Source of the DNA: Candidatus Binatia bacterium
GTDB taxonomy: Bacteria > Desulfobacterota > Binatia > UTPRO1
Length of the DNA stretch: 56,621 bases
NCBI GenBank assembly: GCA_039917665.1
Contig: JBDSJB010000116.1
Span: 1-56,621 of the forward strand
Direction of reading: 5' to 3'
How positions within the stretch are numbered: position 1 is the first letter of the stretch; each line of letters starts with the position of its first letter. Of this stretch, positions 45,181-55,773 are shown piece after piece. The notes beneath the pieces are model-generated. The model searched no databases. It was not told where the DNA came from and saw only the letters and a list, made by a program, of their open reading frames with translations. A program made the translations under genes and the position numbers.

Positions 45181-45270
45181 ATGACGATCATCTACGTACT
45201 GGGCGGCGTCGTGAGCATCGCGCTCTTCGTCTACCTCTTCATCGCACTGTTGAAGCCGGAGCTCTTCTGA
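45181..45270 (+). CDS. kdpF: K+-transporting ATPase subunit F
   Basis: Below the ORF-track size cut-off. MTIIYVLGGVVSIALFVYLFIALLKPELF (29 aa) is the typical KdpF form. Its stop overlaps the kdpA start (TGATG). Confidence 0.8.
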   Translation: MTIIYVLGGVVSIALFVYLFIALLKPELF

Positions 45271-47012
45271 TGACGGCGAACGGCTCTCTCCAGATTGCCC
45301 TCTATCTCGTCGTCCTGCTCGCGCTCGCACCGGCGCTCGGAGCGTTCATGGCGCGCGTCTACGACGGCAAGCCGACCTGGCTCGACCCGGTGCTGCGGCC
45401 GGTCGAGCGTGTCGTCTACCGCGCCTGCGGCGTCGATCCCGACGAAGGCATGGACTGGAAAACGTATGCCGTCGCGATGCTGCTCTTCAACGCGGTCGGC
45501 GTGCTGACCGCGTACGGCATCCAACGGTTGCAGGGCGTCCTGCCCTTGAATCCCGAGGGCTTCGCCGGCGTGTCTCCCGACTCGGCCTTCAACACCGCGG
45601 CGAGCTTCGCCAGCAACACGAATTGGCAAAGCTATGGCGGCGAAGCGACCATGAGCTACCTGACGCAGATGCTGGCGCTGACGGTTCAAAACTTTGTGTC
45701 GGCCGCGGCGGGGATGGCCACGCTCGTCGCGCTGATCCGCGGCTTTCGAAGCGCCGCCTCAGCCGCGATCGGCAACTTCTGGGTCGATCTCACGCGGAGC
45801 GTGCTCTGGATCCTCCTGCCGCTCGCGGTCGGATTGGCCCTGGTCCAGGTCTCGCAAGGCGTCGTGCAGAACTTCAGCGCCTACCGGACGGTGCCGCTAC
45901 TCGCAGCAACGCAGGGCGCGGACGGCACGACCGTCGCCGAGCAAACGCTGCCGATGGGTCCGGCGTCGTCGCAGATCGCCATCAAGCAGCTTGGGACCAA
46001 CGGCGGCGGGTTCTTCAACGCCAATTCCGCGCACCCGTACGAGAACCCGACGCCGCTCTCGAATTTTCTCGAGATGCTGGCGATTCTCCTGATCGCCGCC
46101 GCGCTCTGCTGCACGTTCGGCCGGATGGTCGGCGACGCGCGCCAAGGCAGGGCGGTGCTCGCCGCGATGACCGTCATCTTCGTCGTGATGCTCGCCGTGT
46201 GTGAGTGGGCCGAGTTCCGCGGCAATCCACGCCTCACGCCGCTCGGCGTCGACGCGGTCGCGAGCGACGTCCAGCCCGGCGGCAACATGGAAGGCAAAGA
46301 GGCGCGCTTCGGGGTCGCCAACTCCGCGCTCTGGGCGACGGCGACCACGGCCGCGTCGAACGGCTCGGTGAACGCGATGCACGACTCGTTCACCCCGCTC
46401 GGCGGCCTCGTCACCCTCTTCATGATGCAGCTCGGTGAGGTGATCTTCGGCGGCGTCGGCTCGGGCCTCTACGGCATGTTGATCTTCGCCATCATTGCGG
46501 TCTTCGTCTCCGGCCTCATGGTCGGGCGCACGCCAGAGTATCTCGGCAAGAAGATCGAGGTCTACGAAATGAAGATGGCGGCGGTCGTGATCCTGATTCC
46601 GCCGATCGTGGTGCTCGGCTTCACGGCGCTCGCGGTGCTCACCGACGCGGGGCTCGGCGGCCGACTCAACAAGGGTGCCCACGGCTTCAGTGAGATCCTC
46701 TACGCGTACAGCTCGATGGGGAACAACAACGGGAGCGCCTTCGCCGGCCTCTCGGCGAACGTGCCCTTCTACAACGTGACCGGCGGGCTCGCGATGCTGA
46801 TCGCGCGGTACTGGCTCGCGATCCCGACGCTCGCGATCGCCGGCTCGCTCGCGAAGAAGACGCACGTGCCGGCCGGAGCCGGTACGCTGCCCACCCACAC
46901 GCCGCTCTTCATCGCGATGCTGATCGGCGTCGTGATCATCGTCGGTGTGCTCACTTTTGTGCCCGCGCTCGCGCTCGGCCCGATCGTCGAGCACCTGATG
47001 CTCGTCCAGTGA
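45270..47012 (+). CDS. kdpA: K+-transporting ATPase subunit A
   Basis: 580 aa. [34 protein letters not shown]...[10 protein letters not shown]...[20 protein letters not shown]... Confidence 0.97.
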   Translation: MTANGSLQIALYLVVLLALAPALGAFMARVYDGKPTWLDPVLRPVERVVYRACGVDPDEGMDWKTYAVAMLLFNAVGVLTAYGIQRLQGVLPLNPEGFAGVSPDSAFNTAASFASNTNWQSYGGEATMSYLTQMLALTVQNFVSAAAGMATLVALIRGFRSAASAAIGNFWVDLTRSVLWILLPLAVGLALVQVSQGVVQNFSAYRTVPLLAATQGADGTTVAEQTLPMGPASSQIAIKQLGTNGGGFFNANSAHPYENPTPLSNFLEMLAILLIAAALCCTFGRMVGDARQGRAVLAAMTVIFVVMLAVCEWAEFRGNPRLTPLGVDAVASDVQPGGNMEGKEARFGVANSALWATATTAASNGSVNAMHDSFTPLGGLVTLFMMQLGEVIFGGVGSGLYGMLIFAIIAVFVSGLMVGRTPEYLGKKIEVYEMKMAAVVILIPPIVVLGFTALAVLTDAGLGGRLNKGAHGFSEILYAYSSMGNNNGSAFAGLSANVPFYNVTGGLAMLIARYWLAIPTLAIAGSLAKKTHVPAGAGTLPTHTPLFIAMLIGVVIIVGVLTFVPALALGPIVEHLMLVQ

Positions 47013-47023
47013 GGACCACGACC

Positions 47024-49117
47024 ATGTCGACCGCTGCCAAAGCTCGTCCCCTGCTCGATCCCGCCATCGTCCGCGGCGCGATCGGCGCGTCGTTCACCAA
47101 GCTCGACCCGCGCCATCAGGTGCGGAACCCGGTGATGTTCGTCGTGCTGATCGCGAGCGTCCTCACCACCCTGCTCTTCTTGCAGGCCCTCGGCGGCCAC
47201 GGTGAGGCGCCCGCCGGCTTCATCCTAGCGGTCGCGCTCTGGCTCTGGTTCACCGTGCTCTTCGCCAATTTCGCCGAGGCGATGGCGGAAGGGCGCGGCA
47301 AGGCCCAAGCCGATGCCCTCCGCAAATCGCGCCGCGACATCGTGGCGCGGAAGCTCTCGTCCGCGCCCGACAGCCGGACGTTTCGTCCAGAAAGCGCCCC
47401 CACGGTTCCCACGACCAGCGCCGACCTGCGCAAGAGCGACGTCGTGTTGGTGAACGCCGGCGAGTTCGTTCCGAGCGACGGCGAGATACTGATCGGGGTC
47501 GCCTCGGTCGACGAGAGCGCGATCACGGGCGAGAGCGCGCCGGTGATCCGCGAAGCCGGCGGCGACCGCAGCGCCGTCACCGGCGGCACCCGTGTCCTCT
47601 CCGACTGGCTCGTGATCCGGGTCACGACCGACCCCGGAGAGACGTTCCTCGACCGCATGATCGCCATGGTCGAAGGCGCGAAGCGCCAGAAGACGCCGAA
47701 CGAGATCGCTCTCAACATCCTGCTCGCCGGCTTCACCATCGTCTTCCTGCTCGCGACGGTGACCCTGCTGCCCTTCTCGATCTACGCCGTCACCGAGGTC
47801 GGTCACGGCGCGCCCATCACGATGACCGTCCTGACGGCGCTCCTGGTCTGCCTGATCCCGACCACGATCGGCGGCCTGCTCTCAGCGATCGGCATCGCGG
47901 GCATGGATCGCATGATCCAGGCCAACGTGATCGCCATCTCCGGCCGTGCCGTCGAGGCGGCGGGCGACGTCGACGTGCTGCTGCTCGACAAGACCGGCAC
48001 GATCACGCTCGGCAACCGGCAGGCCACGGCCTTTTTCGCGACCGACGGCATCGGCATCGAGCAGCTCGCCGACGCCGCCCAGCTCGCGTCGCTCGCCGAC
48101 GAGACCCCGGAGGGCCGCAGCATCGTCGTGCTCGCCAAGGAGCAATACGGGCTCCGTGAGCGCGACGGGCACGCCCTCGGAGCGACCTTCATCCCGTTCA
48201 GCGCGCAGACCCGCATGAGCGGCGTCGACCTCGGCGGCCGTCACGTCCGCAAGGGCTCGGCGGACGCCATCGAGGCCTACGTCGCGGCCAACGGCGGTCA
48301 GTTCCCCGCCGTCGTGCGCAGCCACGTCGAGCGCATCGCGCGCGAGGGCGGGACGCCGCTCGTCGTCGCCGAGGGTGCGCGCGTGCTCGGCGTCATCCAA
48401 CTGAAGGACATCGTGAAGACCCATATCAAGGAACGCTTCGCCGAGCTCCGCCGCATGGGGATCAAGACGGTGATGATCACGGGCGACAACCCGCTCACGG
48501 CGACGACGATCGCCGCCGAGGCCGGCGTCGACGACTTCCTCGCGGAAGCCACACCCGAGAAGAAGCTCGAGCTCATCCGCGAATACCAGCGCGGCGGACG
48601 TTTGGTTGCGATGACCGGCGACGGCACCAACGACGCACCCGCGCTGGCTCAGGCCGACGTCGCCGTCGCCATGAACACGGGTACCCAAGCGGCGAAGGAA
48701 GCCGGCAACATGGTCGACCTCGACTCGAACCCGACCAAGTTGATCGAGATCGTCGAGATCGGGAAACAGCTGCTCATGACGCGCGGCGCTCTCACGACGT
48801 TTTCGATCGCGAACGACGTCGCCAAGTACTTCGCGATCATTCCCGCCGCGTTCGCCGGCACGTATCCGGTGCTGAACGCTTTGAACGTCATGCACCTCGC
48901 GACGCCGGCGAGCGCGATCCTGTCGGCCGTGATCTTCAATGCGCTCGTCATCATCGGCTTGATTCCGCTGGCACTGCGCGGTGTCCGTTATCGCGCCGTC
49001 GGGGCGTCGGTGCTGCTGCGCGACAACCTGCTCGTCTACGGGGTCGGTGGAATCGTGGCGCCGTTCGTCGGCATCAAGCTGATCGACGTGGTGCTCGTCG
49101 CGCTCGGTCTCGCGTGA
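47024..49117 (+). CDS. kdpB: K+-transporting P-type ATPase subunit B
   Basis: ORF 47009..49117. ATG 47024 is preferred because GAGGA lies 8 nt upstream. It carries [31 protein letters not shown] and [17 protein letters not shown]. Confidence 0.97.
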   Translation: MSTAAKARPLLDPAIVRGAIGASFTKLDPRHQVRNPVMFVVLIASVLTTLLFLQALGGHGEAPAGFILAVALWLWFTVLFANFAEAMAEGRGKAQADALRKSRRDIVARKLSSAPDSRTFRPESAPTVPTTSADLRKSDVVLVNAGEFVPSDGEILIGVASVDESAITGESAPVIREAGGDRSAVTGGTRVLSDWLVIRVTTDPGETFLDRMIAMVEGAKRQKTPNEIALNILLAGFTIVFLLATVTLLPFSIYAVTEVGHGAPITMTVLTALLVCLIPTTIGGLLSAIGIAGMDRMIQANVIAISGRAVEAAGDVDVLLLDKTGTITLGNRQATAFFATDGIGIEQLADAAQLASLADETPEGRSIVVLAKEQYGLRERDGHALGATFIPFSAQTRMSGVDLGGRHVRKGSADAIEAYVAANGGQFPAVVRSHVERIAREGGTPLVVAEGARVLGVIQLKDIVKTHIKERFAELRRMGIKTVMITGDNPLTATTIAAEAGVDDFLAEATPEKKLELIREYQRGGRLVAMTGDGTNDAPALAQADVAVAMNTGTQAAKEAGNMVDLDSNPTKLIEIVEIGKQLLMTRGALTTFSIANDVAKYFAIIPAAFAGTYPVLNALNVMHLATPASAILSAVIFNALVIIGLIPLALRGVRYRAVGASVLLRDNLLVYGVGGIVAPFVGIKLIDVVLVALGLA

Positions 49118-49142
49118 AGACGGAGCATCGGAGGAGACTGCC

Positions 49143-49754
49143 ATGATGAAACAACTGAAACCCGCGTGCCTGTCGCTCCTGCTACTGACGATGCTGACCG
49201 GCGTCGTGTATCCGCTCGTCGTGACCGGGCTCGCGCAAGTGCTCTTCCCGAGCCAGGCGAACGGCAGCCTCCTCACGCGCGGCGACGTGGTCATCGGCTC
49301 GACGCTGATCGGACAACCCTTCGACGATCCCAAATACTTCTGGAGCCGGCCATCGGCGACGGGTCCGGCGGCGTACGACGGCGCGGCCTCGTCGGGCTCG
49401 AATCTCGGTCCCCTGAACGACGCGCTCACCGAGGCGGTGGCGGCGCACGTCGCGGCGCTCCGAGCAGCCGACCCCGGCAACACGGCGCCCGTGCCGATCG
49501 ATCTCGTCACCAGCTCGGCCAGCGGCCTCGATCCGAACATCAGTCCGGCCTCGGCACGCTACCAAGCGGCACGCGTCGCGCGGGTACGAGGCCTCACCGA
49601 AGCCGCCGTGCTCGCGCTCGTTGCGGCGCACACCGACCCGCGGCAGCTCGGCGTCCTCGGTGAGCCCGTCGTCGCCGTGCTGCCCCTCAATCTGGCGCTC
49701 GACGCATCGGCGCAGACCGCCTCTGCTCTCGGGGCCCGACACGCAGTACACTGA
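49143..49754 (+). CDS. kdpC: K+-transporting ATPase subunit C
   Basis: MMKQLKPACLSLLLLTMLTGVVYPLVVTGLAQVLFPSQANGSL...SGSNLGP...SASGLDPNISPASA. Confidence 0.92.
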   Translation: MMKQLKPACLSLLLLTMLTGVVYPLVVTGLAQVLFPSQANGSLLTRGDVVIGSTLIGQPFDDPKYFWSRPSATGPAAYDGAASSGSNLGPLNDALTEAVAAHVAALRAADPGNTAPVPIDLVTSSASGLDPNISPASARYQAARVARVRGLTEAAVLALVAAHTDPRQLGVLGEPVVAVLPLNLALDASAQTASALGARHAVH

Positions 49755-49760
49755 GCGCCA

Positions 49761-52700
49761 ATGCCAGGCCGAGACAGTGCGGAGAACCGCCGACCGTCGC
49801 CCGACGCGTTGCTGGACGCAGCCACCCGGGCGGAGCGGAGCCGGCTCCGCGTCTTCATGGGCGCCGCGCCCGGCGTCGGCAAAACCTACGCGATGCTGGA
49901 AGCCGCGCACGAGCGTCAGCGCGAGGGCGTCGACGTGGTGGTTGGTGTGGTCGAAACACACGGCCGCGCCGAGACCCAAGCGCTGCTGGTGGGCCTCGAA
50001 GTGGTGCCGAAGCGGGCCATCGAGCATCGCGGCCGGACGCTCCGCGAGATGGATCTCGACGCGATCCTCGCGCGTCGGCCAGCGATCGTGCTGGTCGACG
50101 AGCTCGCGCACACCAATGTCGACGGCAGCCGTCACCCCAAGCGCTACTCCGACGTCGCGGAGCTGCTCGAAGCGGGCATCGACGTCTACACCACGATCAA
50201 CATCCAGCACGTCGAGAGCCTGAACGACGTCGTCGCGCAGATCACCGGCGTCCGCGTCCGCGAAACCGTCCCCGACGGCATCCTCGAGCGCGCCGACGAG
50301 CTGAAGCTCGTCGACCTGCCGCCCGACGACCTGATCAAACGCCTCGAGGAAGGCAAGGTCTATCTCGGCCCGGCGGCCGAGCGCGCGCTCGCCAACTACT
50401 TCACACCAGGGAATCTGACCGCACTTCGGGAGCTCGCGCTCCGTCACGCCGCCGAGCGCGTCGACGACGAGATGCAGGCGTACATGCACGCGCACGCGAT
50501 CAGCGGCACGTGGCCCGTGACCGAGCGCATTCTGGTCGGCGTCAGCGACTCGCCGCTCGCCGAGCGCCTGGTGCGCGCAGCCCGCCGGCTCGCGGCGCGG
50601 CGGCGGGCCGAGTGGCTCGCGGTTTTCGTCGAGACGACCGCCTTCGCCCGGCGTGGCGCAGCCGCGAAGGCGCGCGTGGCGGAGACCCTACGATTGGCGG
50701 AACGGCTCGGCGGCGAGCCCGTGACCCTCACCGGCGAGCACGTCGCAGCGGCGCTGATCCGTCATGCCCGCGCGCGGAACGTCACCGAGATCGTGCTCGG
50801 GAAGCCCGACCGGCCGTGGTGGCGGACACTGCTCGCGCCCTCGCCGCTCCAGCGCGTGATCGCCACGAGCGGTGACATCGACGTGCGTGTGATCACGGGC
50901 GAGCCAGACGCGCACCGTGCCGCGGTACGGGCTCCGCACGACGTGCCACCGACCCAGGACGGGCTTCGCTATCTCGCCGCGGGCGGGATCGTGGCGGTCG
51001 CGACAGTCGGCGCAAAAACCCTCGAACGCGGCGTCGCGCTCGACGACCCGGCGATGGTGTTCCTCGCCGGCGTGCTCTTGAGCGCCGTGTTCTGCGGGCT
51101 CGGCCCGTCGATCCTGGCGTCGTTCGTCAGCGTCCTGATCTACGATTTTCTGTTCGTCGCACCCTTGCTCACGCTCTCGGTGACGCAGCCGCAGGACATC
51201 GTGTCGCTGATCGTGTTCCTGATCGTTGCAATCCTGACGAGCCAGCTGACGGTGCGGGCGCGTGATCAAGCCGCCCTCGCCCGCCACCGTGAGCAGCACA
51301 CCGGCGCGCTCTACGCGTTCGCGCGCCACATCGCGGGAGCGGTCGGCCTCGACGATCTGCTGCCGGTCGTCGTGCGGCACCTGGCCGGCCTCTTCGCCCA
51401 TCCCGCCGTCGTGCTGACGCGCGACGGCGCTCGCCTCGTCCTCCGCGCCTCCGAGCCCCCCAGCGCCGACTTCGACGACACCGAGATCGCCGCCGCGACG
51501 TGGGTGTGGGATCACGACGAGCCGGCCGGTCCCGGCACCCAAACCCTGCCCGGCGGCGACTGGGTCTGCGTGCCGGTGCGAACGGCGCGCGGCATGGTCG
51601 GCGTGCTCGGAGTCCGGGCACCGACGCACGGTCTGACACCGGATCAACGCCAACTGCTCGACGCATTCGCTGATCAAGTCGCCGTCGCCATCGAGCGCAC
51701 TCGCATCGACGTCGTACTCGACGAGCAGGCCAAGACCGAGGCCATCATCGAGGCCAGCGAGGACGGCCTCATCGTCCTCGATCCGACCGGCGCGGTCGTG
51801 CACGTGAACGCGGTCGCCTGCGCCATTCTCGAGGTCGACCGCGCGACGGTGTTGCACGCGCGCTTCGACGACCTGGCGTCTACGCACCCGCACTACCTTC
51901 GGCTGCGCGAGGCCACGCGCGAGATCCTCGCCCACCCCGAACGCGAGCGCGATCGTGTCGAGATCACCCTCTTCCTCCGCGGCCGCGATCATCACTACAT
52001 GCTGCGCCCGACGACCCGGCAGGCCCGTGACGGCTTGCCGGCCGGACTGATTCTGACGCTGCAGGACGTCACCTACCTGCGCGACCAGGAGCGACGCCGC
52101 GAGAACCTCGTCGCCACGCTCTCGCACGAGCTCCGAACGCCGCTCACGTCGCTGCGCATGGCGGTCGAGCTGCTGCGCCGGGGGCCGGATGCCACCGGTG
52201 GGGACACGGAGCGCCTGCTCGCGACCGCGCACGAGGACGTGCTGCGGCTGCAGGACGTGTCGCAGCAGTTCCTCGACGTCGCCCGCACGCGCGCGATGGC
52301 GATCGCGGTCGGCCGTGAGCCGGTCGACCTGGCGACAGTCGTCGCCCGCATCGTCACGCTGTTCGCCATTCAGGCCGACGAGAAAGGGGTCGCCATCACG
52401 CCGGAGGTCGAGCCGGGCATGGTGGTCGACGGCGACGAAACGAAGCTCACGTGGGCGCTCTCGAATCTCGTGGCCAACGCGCTCCGCTACACGCCGCGCG
52501 GCGGCCGGATCGCGATCTCCACGGCCGTCGCCGGTGACGTGACGCGCATCGCCGTCCACGACACCGGCCCCGGCATCCCCGTCGCGCAACAGGAGCGCAT
52601 CTTCGAGCGCTTCACGCAGCACCTCGGCGGCGGCGAGGCGGGGGCCGCGGGCCTCGGGCTCGCGATCGTCCGCGACATCGTGCAAGCCCACGGCGGCAGG

Positions 52701-52763
52701 GTATACCTCGAGAGCTCGCCGACGGCGGGCACGACTTTCACGCTCGAGCTGCCCCGGAGCTGA
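49761..52763 (+). CDS. kdpD: sensor histidine kinase KdpD (KdpD-N, Usp, 4 TM, GAF, extra PAS, HisKA, HATPase)
   Basis: 1000 aa. LRVFMGAAPGVGKTYAMLEAAHERQREGVDVVVGVVETHGRAET...DELAHTN; H-box is LVATLSHELRTPLTSL; ...VHDTGPGIP...GLGLAIV. Confidence 0.95.
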   Translation: MPGRDSAENRRPSPDALLDAATRAERSRLRVFMGAAPGVGKTYAMLEAAHERQREGVDVVVGVVETHGRAETQALLVGLEVVPKRAIEHRGRTLREMDLDAILARRPAIVLVDELAHTNVDGSRHPKRYSDVAELLEAGIDVYTTINIQHVESLNDVVAQITGVRVRETVPDGILERADELKLVDLPPDDLIKRLEEGKVYLGPAAERALANYFTPGNLTALRELALRHAAERVDDEMQAYMHAHAISGTWPVTERILVGVSDSPLAERLVRAARRLAARRRAEWLAVFVETTAFARRGAAAKARVAETLRLAERLGGEPVTLTGEHVAAALIRHARARNVTEIVLGKPDRPWWRTLLAPSPLQRVIATSGDIDVRVITGEPDAHRAAVRAPHDVPPTQDGLRYLAAGGIVAVATVGAKTLERGVALDDPAMVFLAGVLLSAVFCGLGPSILASFVSVLIYDFLFVAPLLTLSVTQPQDIVSLIVFLIVAILTSQLTVRARDQAALARHREQHTGALYAFARHIAGAVGLDDLLPVVVRHLAGLFAHPAVVLTRDGARLVLRASEPPSADFDDTEIAAATWVWDHDEPAGPGTQTLPGGDWVCVPVRTARGMVGVLGVRAPTHGLTPDQRQLLDAFADQVAVAIERTRIDVVLDEQAKTEAIIEASEDGLIVLDPTGAVVHVNAVACAILEVDRATVLHARFDDLASTHPHYLRLREATREILAHPERERDRVEITLFLRGRDHHYMLRPTTRQARDGLPAGLILTLQDVTYLRDQERRRENLVATLSHELRTPLTSLRMAVELLRRGPDATGGDTERLLATAHEDVLRLQDVSQQFLDVARTRAMAIAVGREPVDLATVVARIVTLFAIQADEKGVAITPEVEPGMVVDGDETKLTWALSNLVANALRYTPRGGRIAISTAVAGDVTRIAVHDTGPGIPVAQQERIFERFTQHLGGGEAGAAGLGLAIVRDIVQAHGGRVYLESSPTAGTTFTLELPRS

Positions 52764-52764
52764 G

Positions 52765-54102
52765 ATGGCGACGATCCTGATCACCGATGACGAGCCGAAC
52801 ATTCGAACCACGCTCGCGACGTACATTCGGAGCCAAGGTCACGACGTCGAGATCGCCGCCGACGGCGACGAGGCGCTCGCCGCACTCGCCCGCCGCCGCT
52901 TCGACGTCGTGTTCTCGGACGTACGCATGGCACGCGTCGACGGCCTCGCGCTCCTCGCCGAGATCGCGCGGCGCGCTCCCGAGACGGCCGTCGTGCTGAT
53001 GACGGCGTACGCGACGGTCGCGCAAGCCGTCGAGGCGATTCGCGGGGGCGCGCACGATTACCTCGTGAAACCCTTCAGCCTGGAGCAGATCGACCTCGTG
53101 CTCGCGCGCGTGCTCGAGATGCAGGGTCTCCGGCGCGAGAATCACCGGCTTCGCCAAGCGGCAGGCGAAGACTTGATCCTCACGTCGGCGAGCCCCGCAA
53201 TGCAACGCGCGCTCACGACCGCCGAACGCGCGGCCGCGAGCGACGCGGTCGTCTTGCTGACCGGCGAGAGCGGCACGGGCAAGACGGTGCTCGCGCGCCG
53301 GATGCACGCCTGGAGCCGACGCGCCGCCCACCCCTTCGTCACGATTGCCTGCACGACACTCGCCGAGCACTTGCTCGAAAGCGAGCTCTTCGGGCACGTC
53401 CGCGGCGCATTCACGGGCGCGCACAAAGACAAGGCCGGCCGCGTGGAGGCCGCCGAGGGCGGTACGCTCTTCTTCGACGAGGTGGGCGAGCTGCCGCTCG
53501 AGCTGCAGGCGAAGCTGCTGCGCTTCCTCGAGGAGCGCCGGTTCGAGCGCGTCGGCGATGGCAAGACGCGCGAGGTCGACGCCCGTGTCATCGCCGCCAC
53601 CAATCGTGCGCTCGAAGACGACGTCGCGGCCGGCCGATTCCGCGAGGATCTCTACTTTCGCCTGAACGTCGTCGGCATCCGCCTGCCGCTCCTGCGCGAA
53701 CGCCGCGAGGACCTCAACGGCTTCATCGACCACGTGCTGGCGCGGCTCGCCGCGCGCGATCGCCGCGGCGCCTTGCGGCTCGCGCCGAAAGCGCGCGCGG
53801 CGCTCCATGTTTATGGGTGGCCCGGCAACGTTCGCGAGCTCACCAACGCGCTCGAGCGCGCCGCCGTGTTGTCGCGCGGCGACGCCATCGAGGCCGAGGA
53901 TCTTCCCGATCGCCTGCTCGCGCCGCCGGATCGTGTGGTGCCAGTTGTCGAGAGCGCGGCCGCGTCGCTCGAAGAGGTGGAGAAACGTCACATCGAGCAC
54001 GTGCTGGCCGAATCGGCGACGCTCGAAGAAGCGGCCGCCCGCCTCGGCGTCGACACGACGACGCTCTGGCGGAAGCGCAAACGTTACCAGCTGAACTGGT
54101 AG
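52765..54102 (+). CDS. sigma-54-dependent response regulator (REC - AAA+ - Fis-type HTH; NtrC family)
   Basis: It starts 1 nt after the kdpD stop. ILITDDEPNIR...VVFSDVRMARVDG. Walker A is LLTGESGTGKT, followed by ESELFGHVRGAFTGA (GAFTGA loop) and FFDEVGELP. The C-terminal HTH is AAARLGVDTTTLWRKRKRY. Confidence 0.9.
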   Translation: MATILITDDEPNIRTTLATYIRSQGHDVEIAADGDEALAALARRRFDVVFSDVRMARVDGLALLAEIARRAPETAVVLMTAYATVAQAVEAIRGGAHDYLVKPFSLEQIDLVLARVLEMQGLRRENHRLRQAAGEDLILTSASPAMQRALTTAERAAASDAVVLLTGESGTGKTVLARRMHAWSRRAAHPFVTIACTTLAEHLLESELFGHVRGAFTGAHKDKAGRVEAAEGGTLFFDEVGELPLELQAKLLRFLEERRFERVGDGKTREVDARVIAATNRALEDDVAAGRFREDLYFRLNVVGIRLPLLRERREDLNGFIDHVLARLAARDRRGALRLAPKARAALHVYGWPGNVRELTNALERAAVLSRGDAIEAEDLPDRLLAPPDRVVPVVESAAASLEEVEKRHIEHVLAESATLEEAAARLGVDTTTLWRKRKRYQLNW

Positions 54103-54196
54103 CCCTCGACCCGCCGCGACCACGGACCTTCCGGCCTCGCATGCGTGGGAGTAGAGTGCCCGCGCTCCCGAAGAACGCAGACGGTAGGAGGACCTC

Positions 54197-55717
54197 GTGG
54201 CAATCGATCCGAAGCTCGTGGCCGCAGCACGTGCGGCTTTCCCGAACGCCGCCAAGGTCGTGACCCTGGGAGCACCGCTGCACGGCGGCGAATGCGTCCC
54301 CGAGCCGCTGGTGCGCGTGCCGCTCGCGATGCTGAATCGCCACGGTTTGATCGCCGGCGCGACCGGCACCGGCAAGACGAAGACGCTCCAGCTCATGGCC
54401 GAGCAGATCGCGGCCGCCGGCACCCCGGTTTTTGTCGCCGACCTGAAGGGCGATCTCTCGGGGCTCGGCGTCGCGGGCGAGAGCGGCGATCGCGTGGCGA
54501 CGCGGGCGCGCGACACCGGCTACACGTGGAACGCCAGCGCGTTCCCGATCGAGCTGGTGAGCCTGACCGGCAAGCACGGCGCCCAGCTGCGCGCGACCGT
54601 GTCGTCGTTCGGGCCGCTGCTGCTCGCGAAGGTCCTCGACCTGAACGAGACCCAGACGAGCGTCCTCAGCATGGTCTTCAAATACTGCGACGACCGCGAT
54701 CTCCTGCTGCTCGATTTTCCCGACCTGCGCGCGGTCCTGCAGCATCTCGCGGGCGACGGGGCCGCCGATCTCAAGGACTACGGTGGGATGTCGAAGGCGA
54801 GCGTCGGCGTGCTGCTACGCGAGATGGTCGAGCTCGAAACTCAAGGCGCGCTGCAATTCTTCGGCGAGCCCGAGTTCGAGCTCGAAGATCTCATGCAGAC
54901 CGAGCGCGACGGCCGCGGGCTCGTGACCGTGCTCGAGCTCGCCGACGTCCAGGACAAGCCCGCCCTCTTCTCGACGTTCATGATGTGGATGCTGGCGCGT
55001 TTGTACGCGACGCTCCCCGAGGTCGGCGACCTCGATCAGCCGAAGCTGATGTTCTTCTTCGACGAGGCGCACCTGCTCTTCAACGGCGCGAGCAAGGCCT
55101 TCCTGGATCAGGTGCAGCAGGTCGTACGGTTGGTGCGGTCGAAGGGTGTCGGCGTGTTCTTCGTGACGCAGAGCCCGAAGGACGTGCCGCCCGACGTGCT
55201 GGGTCAGCTCGGGCATCGCGTGCAGCACGCGCTCCGAGCCTTCACCCCCGACGACGAGAAGGCGCTGAAAGCCGCCGCCCGCACGTTTCCGAAGACCGAG
55301 TTCTACGACGTCGAGGAAACGCTCACGACGCTCGGCATCGGCGAGGCGCTGATCACGGTGCTCGGTGCGAACGGCGCGCCGACGCCGCCCTTTGCGACCC
55401 GGCTCATCCCGCCCGCGTCGCGCATGGGGCCGCTCACGGACGCCGAGCTGAAACCTCGGCTCGCGACCGCACAGGTTCGGAAGTATGCCCAGGCCATCGA
55501 CAGGGAGAGCGCCCGCGAGGTGCTGAGCGGCAAGGCCAAGGCGGCGGCCGATACTGACGACACGCCCGAGCGCGCCGCCCCGGCACCGCGCGGACGCGAA
55601 CAGCCGAGCACCTTCGAGAGGATCCTGAAGTCCCCGCTCACCCGCTCGGTCGCGAATCAGCTGACGCGCAGCCTGATGGGGGCGCTCCTCGGGCCGACGC
55701 GGCGCCGGCGCTCCTGA
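54197..55717 (+). CDS. HerA-like ATPase, DUF853 (YjgR) family
   Basis: GTG start with GTAGGAGGA upstream. NRHGLIAGATGTGKTKTLQLMAEQIAAAGTPVFVADLKGDLSGL...MFFFDEAHLLF...VGVFFVTQSPKDVP. Confidence 0.85.
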   Translation: MAIDPKLVAAARAAFPNAAKVVTLGAPLHGGECVPEPLVRVPLAMLNRHGLIAGATGTGKTKTLQLMAEQIAAAGTPVFVADLKGDLSGLGVAGESGDRVATRARDTGYTWNASAFPIELVSLTGKHGAQLRATVSSFGPLLLAKVLDLNETQTSVLSMVFKYCDDRDLLLLDFPDLRAVLQHLAGDGAADLKDYGGMSKASVGVLLREMVELETQGALQFFGEPEFELEDLMQTERDGRGLVTVLELADVQDKPALFSTFMMWMLARLYATLPEVGDLDQPKLMFFFDEAHLLFNGASKAFLDQVQQVVRLVRSKGVGVFFVTQSPKDVPPDVLGQLGHRVQHALRAFTPDDEKALKAAARTFPKTEFYDVEETLTTLGIGEALITVLGANGAPTPPFATRLIPPASRMGPLTDAELKPRLATAQVRKYAQAIDRESAREVLSGKAKAAADTDDTPERAAPAPRGREQPSTFERILKSPLTRSVANQLTRSLMGALLGPTRRRRS

Positions 55718-55773
55718 AAAGTGCGTCGAACCGCGCCGCCCGACTTCAAAAACGTCGGCATCACTGGCATACG

